Of a stretch of 64,000 nt of DNA, positions 13,987-27,219 are shown piece after piece. A program made the translations under genes and the position numbers. The notes under the pieces are model-generated. The model saw nothing but the letters and a program-made list of their open reading frames with translations, was not told the origin of the DNA and did not search any database. The stretch spans positions 11,843,818-11,907,817 of the forward strand of contig CM119265.1 in the NCBI GenBank assembly GCA_051294375.1, read 5' to 3'. Source of the DNA: Paraspadella gotoi. Its lineage: Eukaryota; Animalia; Chaetognatha. Positions within the stretch are counted from its first letter, which is position 1. Each line of letters begins with the position of its first letter.

Positions 13987-14577
13987 TTAGATCGAAGGCG
14001 GCCAAGCGTCCTTCACTTGAGGATGCAGTGCTTCGGGCAACCACTCCAGATATTCCTTGAGAAGAAACTCTTTGTCTTTCCGAAAGGCGGCCGACAAGGC
14101 GTCCCGCGACCATGCATCCTCCCGGGCCAACGCCGATAGCAGCGTCTGGGTACGGGGCTGCAGCCTTGACCATGATTTGATCATAATGGCGGGCGAGGAA
14201 AGCAGTGTCGGTGCGTACTTTTCCAGCGCCGGCGCCACGCGACCCTCGAGAAAAAAGCGGGCAAACCAACGGAAGCGTCGCTCGCACGCGGGGAATGGGC
14301 GAGTGACTGCGGGGAGCACCCATCCCCGGGGACCAAATGATGAGGTCTGCTGGCAGAGGACGAGGCCTTTTTCCTCGCAATAGTGAGGGGGCGGATCCTC
14401 CAACGGGTCGTCAAAGCGACAGCGTTGTTCGGCGAAGATCGGAAGCCAGTGAGGCTCCACCGCGACGACGGCCTTCATGTAGAGTTTCGTCGTCTCCACT
14501 GTCTCTTGGTAGACAATAAACTCGGGCAAGTCGCGGAAGAGGACAGAAGACGGGTGGATAAAGAGCGGATCGGCGAC
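13987..14577 (-). CDS. DHX37: DHX37 last exon (OB-fold/CTD)
   Basis: CACCAG|GTC acceptor; VADPLFIHPSSVLFRDLPEFIVYQE...RFRWFARFFLEG...KSWSRLQPRT...FLLKEYLEWLP...WPPSI*. Confidence 0.92.
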   Translation of the reverse strand, partial: VADPLFIHPSSVLFRDLPEFIVYQETVETTKLYMKAVVAVEPHWLPIFAEQRCRFDDPLEDPPPHYCEEKGLVLCQQTSSFGPRGWVLPAVTRPFPACERRFRWFARFFLEGRVAPALEKYAPTLLSSPAIMIKSWSRLQPRTQTLLSALAREDAWSRDALSAAFRKDKEFLLKEYLEWLPEALHPQVKDAWPPSI

Positions 14578-14637
14578 CTGGTGCGAAGTGGAGGGACGAA
14601 GAGTTAATTCTAGTAAAGTGACACTGATTGCTTATTA

Positions 14638-17600
14638 GACACATTTGAATCCGACAAAGTTTTAATTAGATAACCAGTCTGGGTGTCATTCTGTTCGTTT
14701 TTCCAAGCTCTTTTTAACTAAAAAAGTTTTATTTAAAAAAAATACTTTTTCGCCCGAGCCAGGGGTGTTGAGTCAAAATATGGAAATTCACCATTTTTTA
14801 GTATTTTTAGCGTTTTCCAGTTAATTTTTTTAATATAATAATCTTTAATCAAGTTAATTACTTCTGATAATGATTTTAAATTATCCTATTTAACTGTTTT
14901 TAAAACATTCATTAAAAAATATTAGTTTTTAGCTTAAGCCAAGGGTGTTGAAGAGCTAAAATATTTAAATATTTTTTTTTAAATATTTAGAAATTATAAT
15001 TTACTATTTTTTTAAAGATAACTTATTTTAATCATGGTAATGAAAATATTTGTTAATTTTTAATGCTTTGATGCGACTTATCACAACTTCAAGTTAATAA
15101 ATTTAATAATGTTTTTTAAAACTGAAAACCCTAAGAACTTCTATGATCCAAAGCAATTAATTTTAATTTTTAATCACAAAATGTAATTGTTACAAGATAA
15201 AATTATTTAAATAATATTTGGATAATATTATAAAAATAATTTTATTTAAAAAATATCTGCATTAAAATTTTGTACGGATAAGAGTAATAGTTTGGTTTAA
15301 CTCTATATAAAAATATTTTGTTATTAAATAAATTTTTTTTTAATATACAATAATTTTAAAAAAAATAATTAATTGGTTTTTACTTTTTTTCTTAAATAAT
15401 TGTTTAACAAAAAAGCTTTGTTTTTCTTACTAAATCTAAAAACCCAAGGAAAAAAAGTTATGATTTATAAAAGATTCATTAAAAATAACTACCTCTTATA
15501 GTCTGATTCATATATTTAAATTAATTCATAAATTTATTTATATATTATTTTACTATATACTAATATTGTTTATTGTTAATTAATTTACTAATTAATTTAA
15601 TGAATTTGTTTAAACACGATGTTTTTATTTTATCATTGTTATTTGTTAACAATTCATTAAATTTTCTTTGTAATCTTAAAACAACAAAAAAGAAAGGATC
15701 AAACCATGATATGTTAACAAACATTTTTTTAATAAAAAAAGTTTTTCTTTAAGTTTAAATTAAAATTTTAATTAAAATATAAATCATTTCTATCCTAGCA
15801 TCCCCATGTAAGTCCCCCCTAGCCCTAACCTCCGCTTTGCGTCCAAGCATGAACCTTGAACCTATCATCGCCCATAAAACTTTTCCCCATCTGTACCTTT
15901 CCAGTTGGTGTAACTACAACAACCTTGTTGATCGTAATGCTAACTTTACTTATTCAACATGAATTACAACTACCTCAAATGTTAAAACTAATAACTAAGA
16001 ACATATTATCAGTTCATTAAAATATTATTATTCTATGCTATATTGCGATAGCAAAATCGCTAATGAATATTAAAAATATCATTAATAAATATATTTAATT
16101 TATTAAATGAACCCGTTATCCTAATGAATAAATTAAAAGTTTCATGTATTTGTTTTTTTATTTTTAATTAAATTAAAACAGAAATGATTTTTTGCGTGGT
16201 TGTTTACACCCACAATCGGGTAAAAACGTTGGCAACGCTACTTATTATTCTTCACAATAATTTTTTTTAATAAATAATTTAATTTAATAACAAAAATTTT
16301 TATATAGAGTTAAAGTAAACTATTACTCTTGTCAGCACTAAATATCATAAAATGATTTGCCCAAAACGTATATGCAGAAAATAATAATTTATGTTGTAAA
16401 TTAAATTAATAAAAAGATAGTGTATATCATTTGAATAATTATATCTTTGTTGTAACAATTTTATTATATGATTAAAAAAATTTATGAATTGCTTTGTTTT
16501 TAAGAGGAACGGTCATTCAGCATAACAATACGTAATCATTGATGTATTAGAGCTAATATATCGAGAAATACATTATAATCAGCAGTAATCACAAAAAATA
16601 ATTTTTTATTTATATGTAAACAATCGGTTTTTTAATCATTTTTTTAAAAATGGGTAAATAACAAAATTGTTAAGTTAAATGGGTAAGCATATTTTTTAAT
16701 GATTTGTTTTTCAATCTGGTTGTTAAAAAATTCTAGGTAAGAAGTTAAAACATGGTATGGTTAGTTTAGAAGGGGAGAATTAAACAATTAATCTCGTTAC
16801 TCTGTTGGTTTTCCAGTCATGAAACAAAATCTTCAGTTAAATAGATGGTAAAGAAATTCGAGCTACAATGAATCTACACTGAATTTGAAGAGTTGCAGCC
16901 TAAACGACTGCAATAATATTGAATTAAAATTTGATTAGCAATCTTAAAAACATTTGTAAAAATGTAAAGAGAGACATTTTGATAAACGCGTTCCAGTTAG
17001 AAAGAATTCAGGGTTAAAGTTTAAAAATGTTTCATTTTCAAGGATACAAGTTGAAATTTAAAAATGTCTCTCTATTACATTTTTCGAATTCACTTATAAA
17101 AAATTCATAAAAAATATCAGATGGATTGGCCTTTTCGTTTGACCTGCAACTCTTCAGATAGGTTTCTTTATTTTATATTATAATTAAAACCGATATAAAA
17201 TGGCGTAGAATACCATCAAATGTTTAAAGTGAATACATTTTCGGAATCGCCAGGAGCTCAGCTTTCTGAATTTGTACTCCATTTTGGCCTATTTTGAAGT
17301 TGAATTGAATGACCCTTTTTCTTAAGAAGAATCTTTAAAAAATTTTTTTAAAAAATAGGTCACAATAGTTTTTAAAGTTTTTAATTATAAAAAAATTAAT
17401 TAACTATGTTAATTAACTAAAAAACCATTTAAAATTATCAAATATTTTTATTATTAAGATTAAAATATGTAACTTAAAAAAATAATAAATTATTATTTGA
17501 AAATATTCAAAAAGTCAATTTAGAAATTTTAGCTCTTTAACACTCCTGGCTTAAGCCTTAAACTAATATTTTTTGTTAATGAATGTTTTAAAAATAGTTA

Positions 17601-17857
17601 AATATGATAATTTAAAAGCATTATCATTAGTAATTAACTTGATTAATGATAATTATATTAAAAAAATTACTGAAAAAAGCTAAAAAATACTCATAAAAGG
17701 TGAAATTCCATATTTTGGCTCTTTAACACCCCTGGCTCGGGCGAAAAAGTATTTTTTTTTAAATAAATCTTTTTTAGTTAAAAAGAGCTTGGAAAAACGA
17801 ACAGAATGACACCAAGACTGGTTGTTTATTTAAAACATTGTCGGATTCAAATGTGTC
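14638..17857. mobile_element. 3.2-kb foldback/non-autonomous DNA transposon with long TIRs and TA target duplication
   Basis: TA|GACACATTTGAATCCGACAA...TTGTCGGATTCAAATGTGTC|TA, with imperfect TIRs of a few hundred bp. Related partial copy at 30274-31215. Confidence 0.8.
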
Positions 17858-17881
17858 TATTGCTTATATGTTTAGGTTTAC

Positions 17882-17967
17882 CTTGGTTCCCTCGTAGGCA
17901 TTTTTTAATTTAGAATCCGCTTGCCCCGTGCCTTGAGGCATTTTACGCGCAACTTTATCCGCGCAGC
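17882..17967 (-). CDS. DHX37: DHX37 exon 8 (86 nt)
   Basis: AAAAG|GC TGC GCG GAT AAA GTT GCG CGT AAA ... AAT GCC TAC GAG GGA ACC AAG|GTAAAC translates as GCADKVARK...KNAYEGTK. Phase 1 in and phase 0 out fit both neighbouring exons. Confidence 0.85.
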
Positions 17968-20559
17968 CTTTTAAAAATAAAAATAAATTATAAAATTAAA
18001 GAGCCGAAATCAATGAAGAGTATAGGTTCCCAAGTAATGACCTTCCCATTGTATAAACATAAAAGATATAAAAAAATATTCAAAAAAGAAATAATTAAAA
18101 TGTTGGAAAAGGAAAATTATGTTCATGACATAAAGGTGCCCCTATAGTAGGGACGTCTGGCGTTAAGCGTCCGAGATAAAAATTAGCGAATAAAAAAGTT
18201 GTTATTTTACTCACTGAATAAAAATACTTAAAATACTTACAAAATACATAAAATTGATAAAATTATTATTGCGAAAACATTGTTCAATCACATGCATTAT
18301 ATCTAGTGCCTTTTTTTTCATTGAAATCGATAGCTATTAACTAAATATATTATAATTAATTTTTCTTTTTGATATAATAAGAGAACCATACTTCCGTCAC
18401 TTGATGTCGTCAAGTTACTAGTAAATATGCGTTTGAAAAAAAAATTGACCTATGGAGACGCGCATAGACGCGATATGCCTTTAAAGCAAGTTGTTTGGTT
18501 TGGTTCCACCTAAATATTTAGCTTCGGCCGAGTCAATTGGTAATAAAAAAAAGGATTTTCTTTGATATCTTTTGAACCAAAAATGATAGAACGATGAGAC
18601 TGGTATCATATTAAAGCCATAATTATGGGGCATCTTTTCCATATAATTTTTTTAAAATGTTTCAAAGGATTTTTTTAAAATCTTGATCGGAATCTTAGTC
18701 AAAAGTATAACAAACTTTTGAAATTAAATTAAACCAGAGATGTGGACGTGATCCGGAAAGCGTAAGCGAACACTGTGGATTGTGGAAGCGGCCGATTTTT
18801 GAAGAACCCAAAACCGGGAGCGATAGAAAAATTGAAAATTAAGGATTGAACCCGGAAGCTATAATAACCCTGCGTGTTCGCTTCCTGGTCATTGTTTTTA
18901 TTGGTTAGAAATGAAAGGTATTTAATGTATTAAAAGATTGATCTGTTTATAAGCAATATTGCATATATTGTGCTTATACATACTTATATCTCTAACACAC
19001 TCTCTTTCTATATCTTTTTTTCTTTTTTTCCCCTCTTGCACTGAACAAAAAAAAATAAAAAAAAAATAATATATATAACAATGCCGGATCTGCCCACGAT
19101 CATTAGCGGTAATTAATTAATTAGTTGAAAAAATAAAAATTATTTAATTAATTACATATTTATTAATTAAAAGAATAACATCGAACATTTGGGAGCTCAA
19201 ATGATTTGAACAAAGATGACAACGACAATGAATACAAGGACGAAGACGACGACAAAGTCTTTGTACTTTGTGACCCGTAGTACAGTAGTAGTCAATAAGA
19301 ATGACCTGTTCTTACCCGACCTTGTTATGGCTAACCTTTTCTCACCATAATAAATACTAGTTGTTGTTATTATTTTTATCATTTTTGCTTTTTTACTGTT
19401 GTTGATAATACCAGTTTTTTTTATCACAAAAACAGTCCTTAAATTTTTCTATAAATTCTTGTTTTGAGTCACCGCAAACATTATAAAAAATTTCAATTAA
19501 TTAATAATTAATGATGGTGACTACGAAAATGATAACACCGACGATGACAAATTGATTGATTGCTTAATTTTTTGATCGATTGATTGAATGAAATTGGTAC
19601 AACCAATAATAAAATATATCCATTCATTTAATAAATAAGCTATCTTGCCCCTGACTTTGGACAGGCTTTGGTGGTTTAAGGCCTCCATCACTCTTACAAG
19701 ATAATGACATAGCAGGTCCCTGCAAGCTTTCAATCAAGACTCTCTCACAGTCTTGTTTATTCACTCCCAGAGCTTAATTGATTGAATAAATAATTAACTG
19801 ATCAGTTCTGGCATTGTTAGTGTTTGTTTTTTCGTCTTTTAATTATAACAAAAGAAATGACGACCATGATGATGATGACGACGAGGATAATACCGTCATG
19901 ATTAATTGAATGATTGATTGATCAATTAAATGAAATTCATATCAGGCCTGTTAGTTTTTAGGTCTTTTTGTCAGGTTACTGACCAGGATAAAAGCAACAA
20001 CGACGTTGGAGATGACAATAATAACACTGACATTGTTTAATTGATTGATTAATTGATTGTTTAATTAATTGGTTCTGTTAATAATTTATTGATAAATAAA
20101 TTTATTAATTAGTTGATTGATAAATTGATTGATTAATTGATAAAAAAAATTGATTCATTAATTTTTTGATTGATAAATTGATTGATTAATTGATAAAAAA
20201 ATTGATTCATTAATTTTTGATTGATTAGTTAATTGATTGATTGATTAATTAATTGATTAATTGAATAATTAATGCAGCTTGTATTTACAATTATTAAAAA
20301 GAAAAAAAGCAAATAGGGAAACAGGTTTTTTGTTTTTTTTATTTAAACTCATTTCCACTCGAACGATTCTTACAATCTTATAAATCTTACAATTTTTCAT
20401 AGTAAAAATTTCATTTGTTAATTGTTAACAAAAAAGATTGTTTAAAATTATTCTACCAATGAATTACATGTCTAAAGAGAATATTTTTATAAGTAATAAC
20501 AAATGTAAAATTTTTAAAGGAAGGAAGCGATGTGCACTCGAAACCGAAAGCGATCCGGG

Positions 20560-21880
20560 CTAAAAAAATTATTGCACCCGAAAACGGGAGCGGGAGGGGT
20601 CTTGGGAAGCGCCGGATTGGCAGCGGCGGAAAATCGATCGCTTTCACATCTCTGGTTGAGAGACTGGAAAAAGACGGCGGCGACGTCCGCAGTCGAGGAG
20701 CCGGAGGCAGAGGAGAGGCCTCACGCAATGAGTGAGTGGAGTTGAAGGAACGAGAAATGTGATGGAGTTTAGTGTAATGTTCGAAGACGCGCTCGGAGGC
20801 CCAACGGCAGTGACCCATGACCTCTTTCGAGGCGCCAAGCATGAGGAGTGTAATAGCGCACCCGGCGCGGGAGCCATGAGCGGTGAGACCCGGGAGAGCG
20901 TCGTCAGGGAGATAAACACGAAGACGCCGAGTCGCATTATTGCAGGAAAACGGGGCGTCGAGGACGGCGAAGGGGGAAGGGGGCGGACGGAGGGAGAGAG
21001 TCGATACGGCGGGAAATCTCAGACGCAAGAAGGCGAAGGTGGGTGGAGAAAATGGGCGGAGCCTGACGAGGAGTAACGTGGGCCTTGCGCTGTTCAACGG
21101 AGACCGCCTTGAGCCACTTGGAGACCAAGGGAGAGGCTCAGGGGTTGGAACCGGGGTTGGCGGAGGAGGAGTCGACGCGGCCGATGGAGTTAAAGGCCGC
21201 CCTGAGCTTGCCGATGATGGAGTCGACGGTGCCGGCGGCAAGATGAAAGGGACAAGGGCAGGGATGAGAGCCATGGAGACCAAGAAAAGGACAGCCGAGA
21301 GCGTGGACTTGGGTGCGACCCCGAGAATCCCGGTGATGCAGGAAACGGCAGACGTCGTCGGGGGTGGCGGTAGCGAGAGAACGCGTCGGGGAGGCATCGA
21401 GCAGAAACGCCTCAAAATCGGACACGAGCTTCGACTTCTGCTTCTCGTAGGAAGTGAGATCAATGTGTGAGAAAAGTTCCGATTTACGCGAGATAATTAT
21501 CCTGAAACACAACGAAGAGACATTAATCCCAAAGGTGGAGCGGAGAATGGAAAATAAATGGCGAGAGAGCTTGGTAAGCCCAGACGCATTGAGATGTACA
21601 TCATCCTTAAGGTCGGCAAATCTAATGTGTTCATTCGAAATAAAAGTCCAATTGGGGCGAGCACAGAGGGCCCGCAGCGAGTCGTTCCCAAGCGAGATCC
21701 TGCGATTGATGGAAGAGGATCGAGACTGACAGATCCCGGAAAGGAGGATCTGACGAGCGACCTGGAAGGAGTCCAGGGCCTGAGACAGGTAACAGCAAGA
21801 GGAAGAGAAGACAGAACGGAACCAGACGTCGTCAAGGCGAGAGGCGTCATTGACGCCAGCATGCAGAACGAGACCGTCGA
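20560..21880 (-). mobile_element. Degenerate tyrosine-recombinase retroelement fragment: SGNH hydrolase + ALOG domain + YR C-terminus
   Basis: LHAGVND...DDVHLN (SGNH blocks III and V) reads in frame into SYEKQK...DVCRFL..RDSRGRTQVH...CPFLG....PCPCPFHLAAGTVDSIIGKLRAAF (ALOG). After frameshifts: VSKWLKAVSVEQRKAHVTPRQAPP, then AHGSRAGCA...GHCRWAS....HY (YR HxxR, W and Y catalytic motifs). Confidence 0.85.
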
Positions 21881-22089
21881 AGGAGAAATCAAATGCCGCA
21901 ATAATGATGACCATGACCCAATAAAAAATTTTATTGCTATGCTATAATAATATATATAATATACACACGTTTTGACTGATGTTGACCATGATGCAACAAA
22001 AACCAAATATAATAAGTACTGAAAAAGACATACTAACCTACTAACATAAAATGACATATGAGTCTAAAGGACAAATGATTTAAAAAATA

Positions 22090-22815
22090 CAGAAGGCTTC
22101 ATATTATAAAATGTGGTACCCCTTTTTTCTGAAATGAACACGTTCCGAGAAAACTACTGAATAGAATTTAATGAAATTTTGCATGCGGAGTACCAGTAGT
22201 GATACAAATGGAACTATCGAGGCGAATTTTTACATTTCACCCCTAAGCTGAGATAAGGGGCCCTGTGGGTGCAGCCCCTGAGGGCCACAAATGGTCAAAA
22301 AATTTTTCCAATTTTTTAAATTATTTTTGTTTTAAACAGTTCCACAGATTTACTCTTCCACAAAAACGTATTTATTACCTCAAAAATATTCATTTACCTT
22401 AGTTTTTAGCTTCATGAACATCAGCAGTTAATGTCAGATTTGGAATAATTTGGGAAAATTGGAAGTAAAACGATGAACCATGCATCTTCAACCATGCTTA
22501 ATTATTGCAAATTGATCAATTTCAGTTCTAAAATGTTTTTTTCTTATGTTTAAAACGTCAATGCACCTGATGCTACTAAAAAAATTTGAAAAATAAAAAA
22601 AAAATTTTAGCATTTTTTGGCCCCCCAGGGGTCCACCCCCAGGGCTCTGTATCTCTTGTCAGGGGTTGAATATCAAAATTCGCCTCGATAGTTCCATTCA
22701 TATAGTCAGTAGCACTCTAAATGTAAAATTTCATTAAATTTGATTGGGTAGTTTGGTGGGAACAGATTCTGGTCACAAAAAAGGGGTACTACATTTTATA
22801 ATATGAAGCCTTCTG
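22090..22815. mobile_element. Tc1/mariner-type MITE
   Basis: TA|CAGAAGGCTTCATATTATAAAATGT...ACATTTTATAATATGAAGCCTTCTG|TA, with extended internal inverted symmetry. Confidence 0.85.
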
Positions 22816-25800
22816 TATAAGTATGACTTTCATATAATTGACTTGTGTAAATTGACTAACGTAAAAAAGACGTAAATAACCAATCACCAATGACCAATAA
22901 ACATAAATTTGACGTAAAGTTTAGATTCATGAATTTAAAGTTAACTAAAAGTGAAGCGAATATATCATAAAATAAATTAAAAGGTATAATAAATAAGTGG
23001 CATAAATAAGTAATATAATTTAGATAAATCACATAAAATGATGCACTTGTCTTAAAATATGTTAATGTTAAATGTATAGGTTAGAGTTATATGGTCTAAG
23101 GTTAGGGTTAGTGCCTAAGTTTAAGATAACATTTAAGTTTTAATTAGTGTTAAAGTCATGGTTTTTAATATAAATAGTAATAAATAATAATAATAATAAT
23201 AAATGAAAGTAATAACATTTTTGAAAATAACGTTATGTTACACTTAAAGACTTCTCTTATTTAAGTTTAAGAATCGGTTAACTAAGTTTATATTTGTCAC
23301 CAAATTTAAATCTACATTATTATTTTACGTATACTTATTTAATATAATTGTAAATGAGTCACTATGAAGCAATTAAAAAAAATTATAAGGTTTTAAAGGC
23401 AAAAATATTTTATAAGTCACGGCTTAACATTTAGAATATGCAAATGATAATTTGGATTCGATTTCAAATCTATACTGAACAAACAAGAGACAACGTTTCA
23501 ATCAACCTCTTTTCTTTCTGAGAATGATTCTATATTTTGAAAAATTAGCTTTATCTAAAAAGTGTGGTTAGCAGGGGTAACAGACAAAATGGTTTTACTG
23601 ATTTACTCAACCATTCATTTCAATCATAAGGTTTTTTAAATTAAAATATAACGATGACCATTTGAAATAGAAGATGGAATGGTGATGTTGGCAGATTTAA
23701 TAATGTTGTTAAACAGCGTTAGAACAGAGAAAGAATAAGATATAAATTTATTGTAGTTTTTTGGACAATTATTTCTACTTAGATTTTCCATTAGAATCAT
23801 AATGAAAAAGTTTGAAATAATAATATATTTCAAATTCATCAGAAGTATAAATATATATAAATACTATTAAATAGAATGGATAATAAAGCCTGTAGAGTGT
23901 ATATGTCCCCATTTTCCCCCTAATTATTTGTTTGCCTTTAGTTATTACCGTTTCTGCCAATAGATGTCTTTTTTCTTTTCTTTAGGAGATTTCACTCCTC
24001 TTTTCTTTTCTTACCAGATATTCTAGGCACATACATAGATACCATTGCAGGAAACGGATTGATCATGTTGCTTGTCTCGCTTGTCTCGTTTGGCTTTTCT
24101 GCCTTTTCTTCTCTCTCGACCAATCAGAGAGGTGGCTTGCCTCACGGAATCGACGGGAGAGAGATGAGAGAAGAAACGAGGCAGTCTTCAACTTACCCTC
24201 AAGAAACTAACATCATAATTCCTAAGTTCATGTACTATTTACTTTGTATTTTGAACCATCGTTTTAATCATCATAATCTCCCTCTATTATTATCTCTGCG
24301 TTTATTTGTGTAAAATAAAACTACTAAAAATTATCCGTAATAAACCACTCCTACTTCCTTCATTGATACATAGATACTTAGGATTGTTCCGCCCGTCACA
24401 AAACTGTCTTTTACGAGGCTTAGGACCCTTCACGTCACGTCACCCTTTGATACCATTCACAGACAGACATTGTGGCCATAGAGCCCACCGTGAGACCACA
24501 CTCCAAGACTCGTGGATGCGCTTGTGGTCAGACTTTAGCTCTGTTAGTTATATTTTGATTAGCCTCCAATTTAGTAATTAACTTTCGTTCAAATTTTGTC
24601 TCTCTAAATTTTCTCTGTTCCAAAGTTTAATATTTCATAGATTCCCAGGAACTCGGCGCCTATTTTGTAAACATTTTGTCTAAGTAGAATAAAAGGAAGA
24701 GAGACGAGAGGGAGGCCGAGATTTTAGTACATTCCATTTTCAGATCTCAAGGGAGTAAGACGCAATATTTTATCACCGTTTAATTTTCTAATACAACTTT
24801 GGCAATCTACAATTATTTCAGGTAACTTCAAAAACTAATTAGACAGATTATGCATAATCCAGCTCTCTATCCTTCATCTATTGAGGGCCACAGGTCACGT
24901 TACCGACAGCTCGGTCATAGACTTGTGGACGGACTTTTGGTCCATTCCATTCGACCACACTCGGGTGACGACAGCCTCGCCGACCAAGGACTCACGGAGC
25001 GACCGAGCCCCCGACCCGACGTCTTTAACGCACGCGCAACGGTGTCAGACGCGGCCACGCCCACTTCCGGAGACGTCAGCGAGGGACGAGGACTACTTTC
25101 CTCCGTAGCGACCCAACAGCAGCGAAGCAGAGGCGACTTCGTGGACACACAGCAAGTGTTCATACAAAGCCTTCAAAATATTTAAAGTTTCTTAAATTAA
25201 GGTGTTCAAGCTGTTGTTCAAGGTATAATAAAGTTGAATTGATTCATCATATTTTTTTTATAATACTTTGAATCAAATCGCGTTTACAAGTTGTAAGTAA
25301 AACTATCTTAATTAATGGTCACTGTGATCAAATAGCATTTCCTCCATATTTGAAAAAATGAATATTATTTTTCATTTTTATATATTTTATTATTTCCAAA
25401 AAAAAATTTTTGCCCGCTCCGACTCTAGCTCCGGCCAAGATAAAATCTCAGCTCGAATGTCAGGAACAAACTCTTGTGGAATCTCAATTGGAACTTTGTG
25501 GAAATCCGTATAAACATTTGTGGATTTAATTCATTCATTGATTGTCTTATTTAATTAAAGATTCATTGATTATTCATTCTTTCGTCATTGATAATTATTT
25601 AATTGATTCATTACTATTTTTCCCCTCAGCTATCATGAGTTAATGATTAATATTTTATAGCAGAGGTGTTGGGTACTTCTTCGTGTTTACTTAGGGCAGT
25701 GATTTCTATTCGGGTATTTTCAACAATGAAATTGAAACTTATATAACTATTATTTCTTTTTTCCCACTGATAAATATGAAACACGCTTTATTTAAAAAAA

Positions 25801-27219
25801 CGGTTGGCTATAGTTATCTTCTCCTTATAACATAGAACTCACTGGGTGAATTTCTATGCTTTAAAAATACGGTAAGACATAATTTCTTTTACATTAATCA
25901 TTCTATTTATGGTACCTGCTCTAATTAAGATGCAACTAAAACGAATTTTCATGGTAAGGAAAACTTTTAAAGATTAAATTGCTCGTCAGATCTATCACGT
26001 TTTTTAGATATACTACAGCTGAGGCAAAAAAACGGCACGGTATATTTTAAAACTTTTTTTCCATTTTTTTACTATTTTTTTTCTCTCTTAAACCTTCTCT
26101 CTGTCCCTCTCTTTTTCTCTCTCTCTCTCTGTCTTTCTCTCCCTTTCTCCGACTTTTCTGTCCTCATATTTCTCTGTGTCATCCCTTCTTTTCTTCCTTT
26201 ACCTTTATTTTCCTTCCTCTCTATCTCTGATTTTCTCTCCCTCTCTGATTCTCTTTCTTCCCTCTTTCTTATTTTTTCTTTTCTCCTAATTGTTTTCGTT
26301 CTACCTCTTCTCCCCATATATTAATTTCTTTCCACTCTTTCTCTCTCTCCCTGATACTTTTTTTTAACCCATACTCTTTCTTCTCTTATTTGGATACTGG
26401 ATGTATAAAAATCTTTAAAATGTATTGTAAGAAAAAAAATCTTGGGTAGCGTATGATTTTATTCAGAGTTTGGTTGCCTAGCAGATTTAGAGAAATTAAT
26501 TTGCTGACGCTTCCCCTTACAATAAAAGAAGGCGGTTTTTTTTAATTCGTCAACCTTAGTATGTTTCTCATCTATTAAAACTATAAAATAAGTCAAAAAC
26601 CGAGTTTTAGTTTAAAAAAAACGCACCTCACAAATCCTCACAAATTAAAAGTAGGCTGAAAAAGTGTTTTGCAGCTAAAGTATTAAGTATTTTGCCCTAA
26701 TTTTTTAGGTACCAGAAGCACCAACAATAGGGAATACTTTATTAGAATTGTGGACATTTTGAAGTATTTTCGTTTAACAAATTGTAATAAGATGTAAAAA
26801 TGTAAATTTTTGACTAGTCAATTTAAAAATTCATTCATAGGCAAACAATAGATGACTAACGGCAAATGAACCAACTCAGAGGTAAAGAAGATAAGAAGGA
26901 CCCGAAATCCGGAGTAAAAAATTTTTCTTCAATGATCTTGGTATTCAAATCTCAAGACAAAAGTCAAAATGGACAAAAATGGACATAATTTTTTTTATTA
27001 AAAATAGCAAAAATGATATTGATTCTTGATTAAAAAATGCAGCAGAAGATTTCAATTAATCCGTAGACTTGCCAAATTTGTCTTAGAGTTAAAATTTATT
27101 CATTTTTGTTGGTAATATTCTAACAATATTGAAAAAAGTGTTTTTTTTGCTAAATTCCTCGATAGAAATCACTGCCTTAGTGACTACTGATCCATTGTGT
27201 TCTCTCTTGATATATTATT

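Noticed and set aside
24385-25288. Possible solo LTR (TG...CA, GC-rich interior, AATAAA)
   Set aside because: No TSD, PBS or second copy could be confirmed, and the ORFs are unrecognisable.
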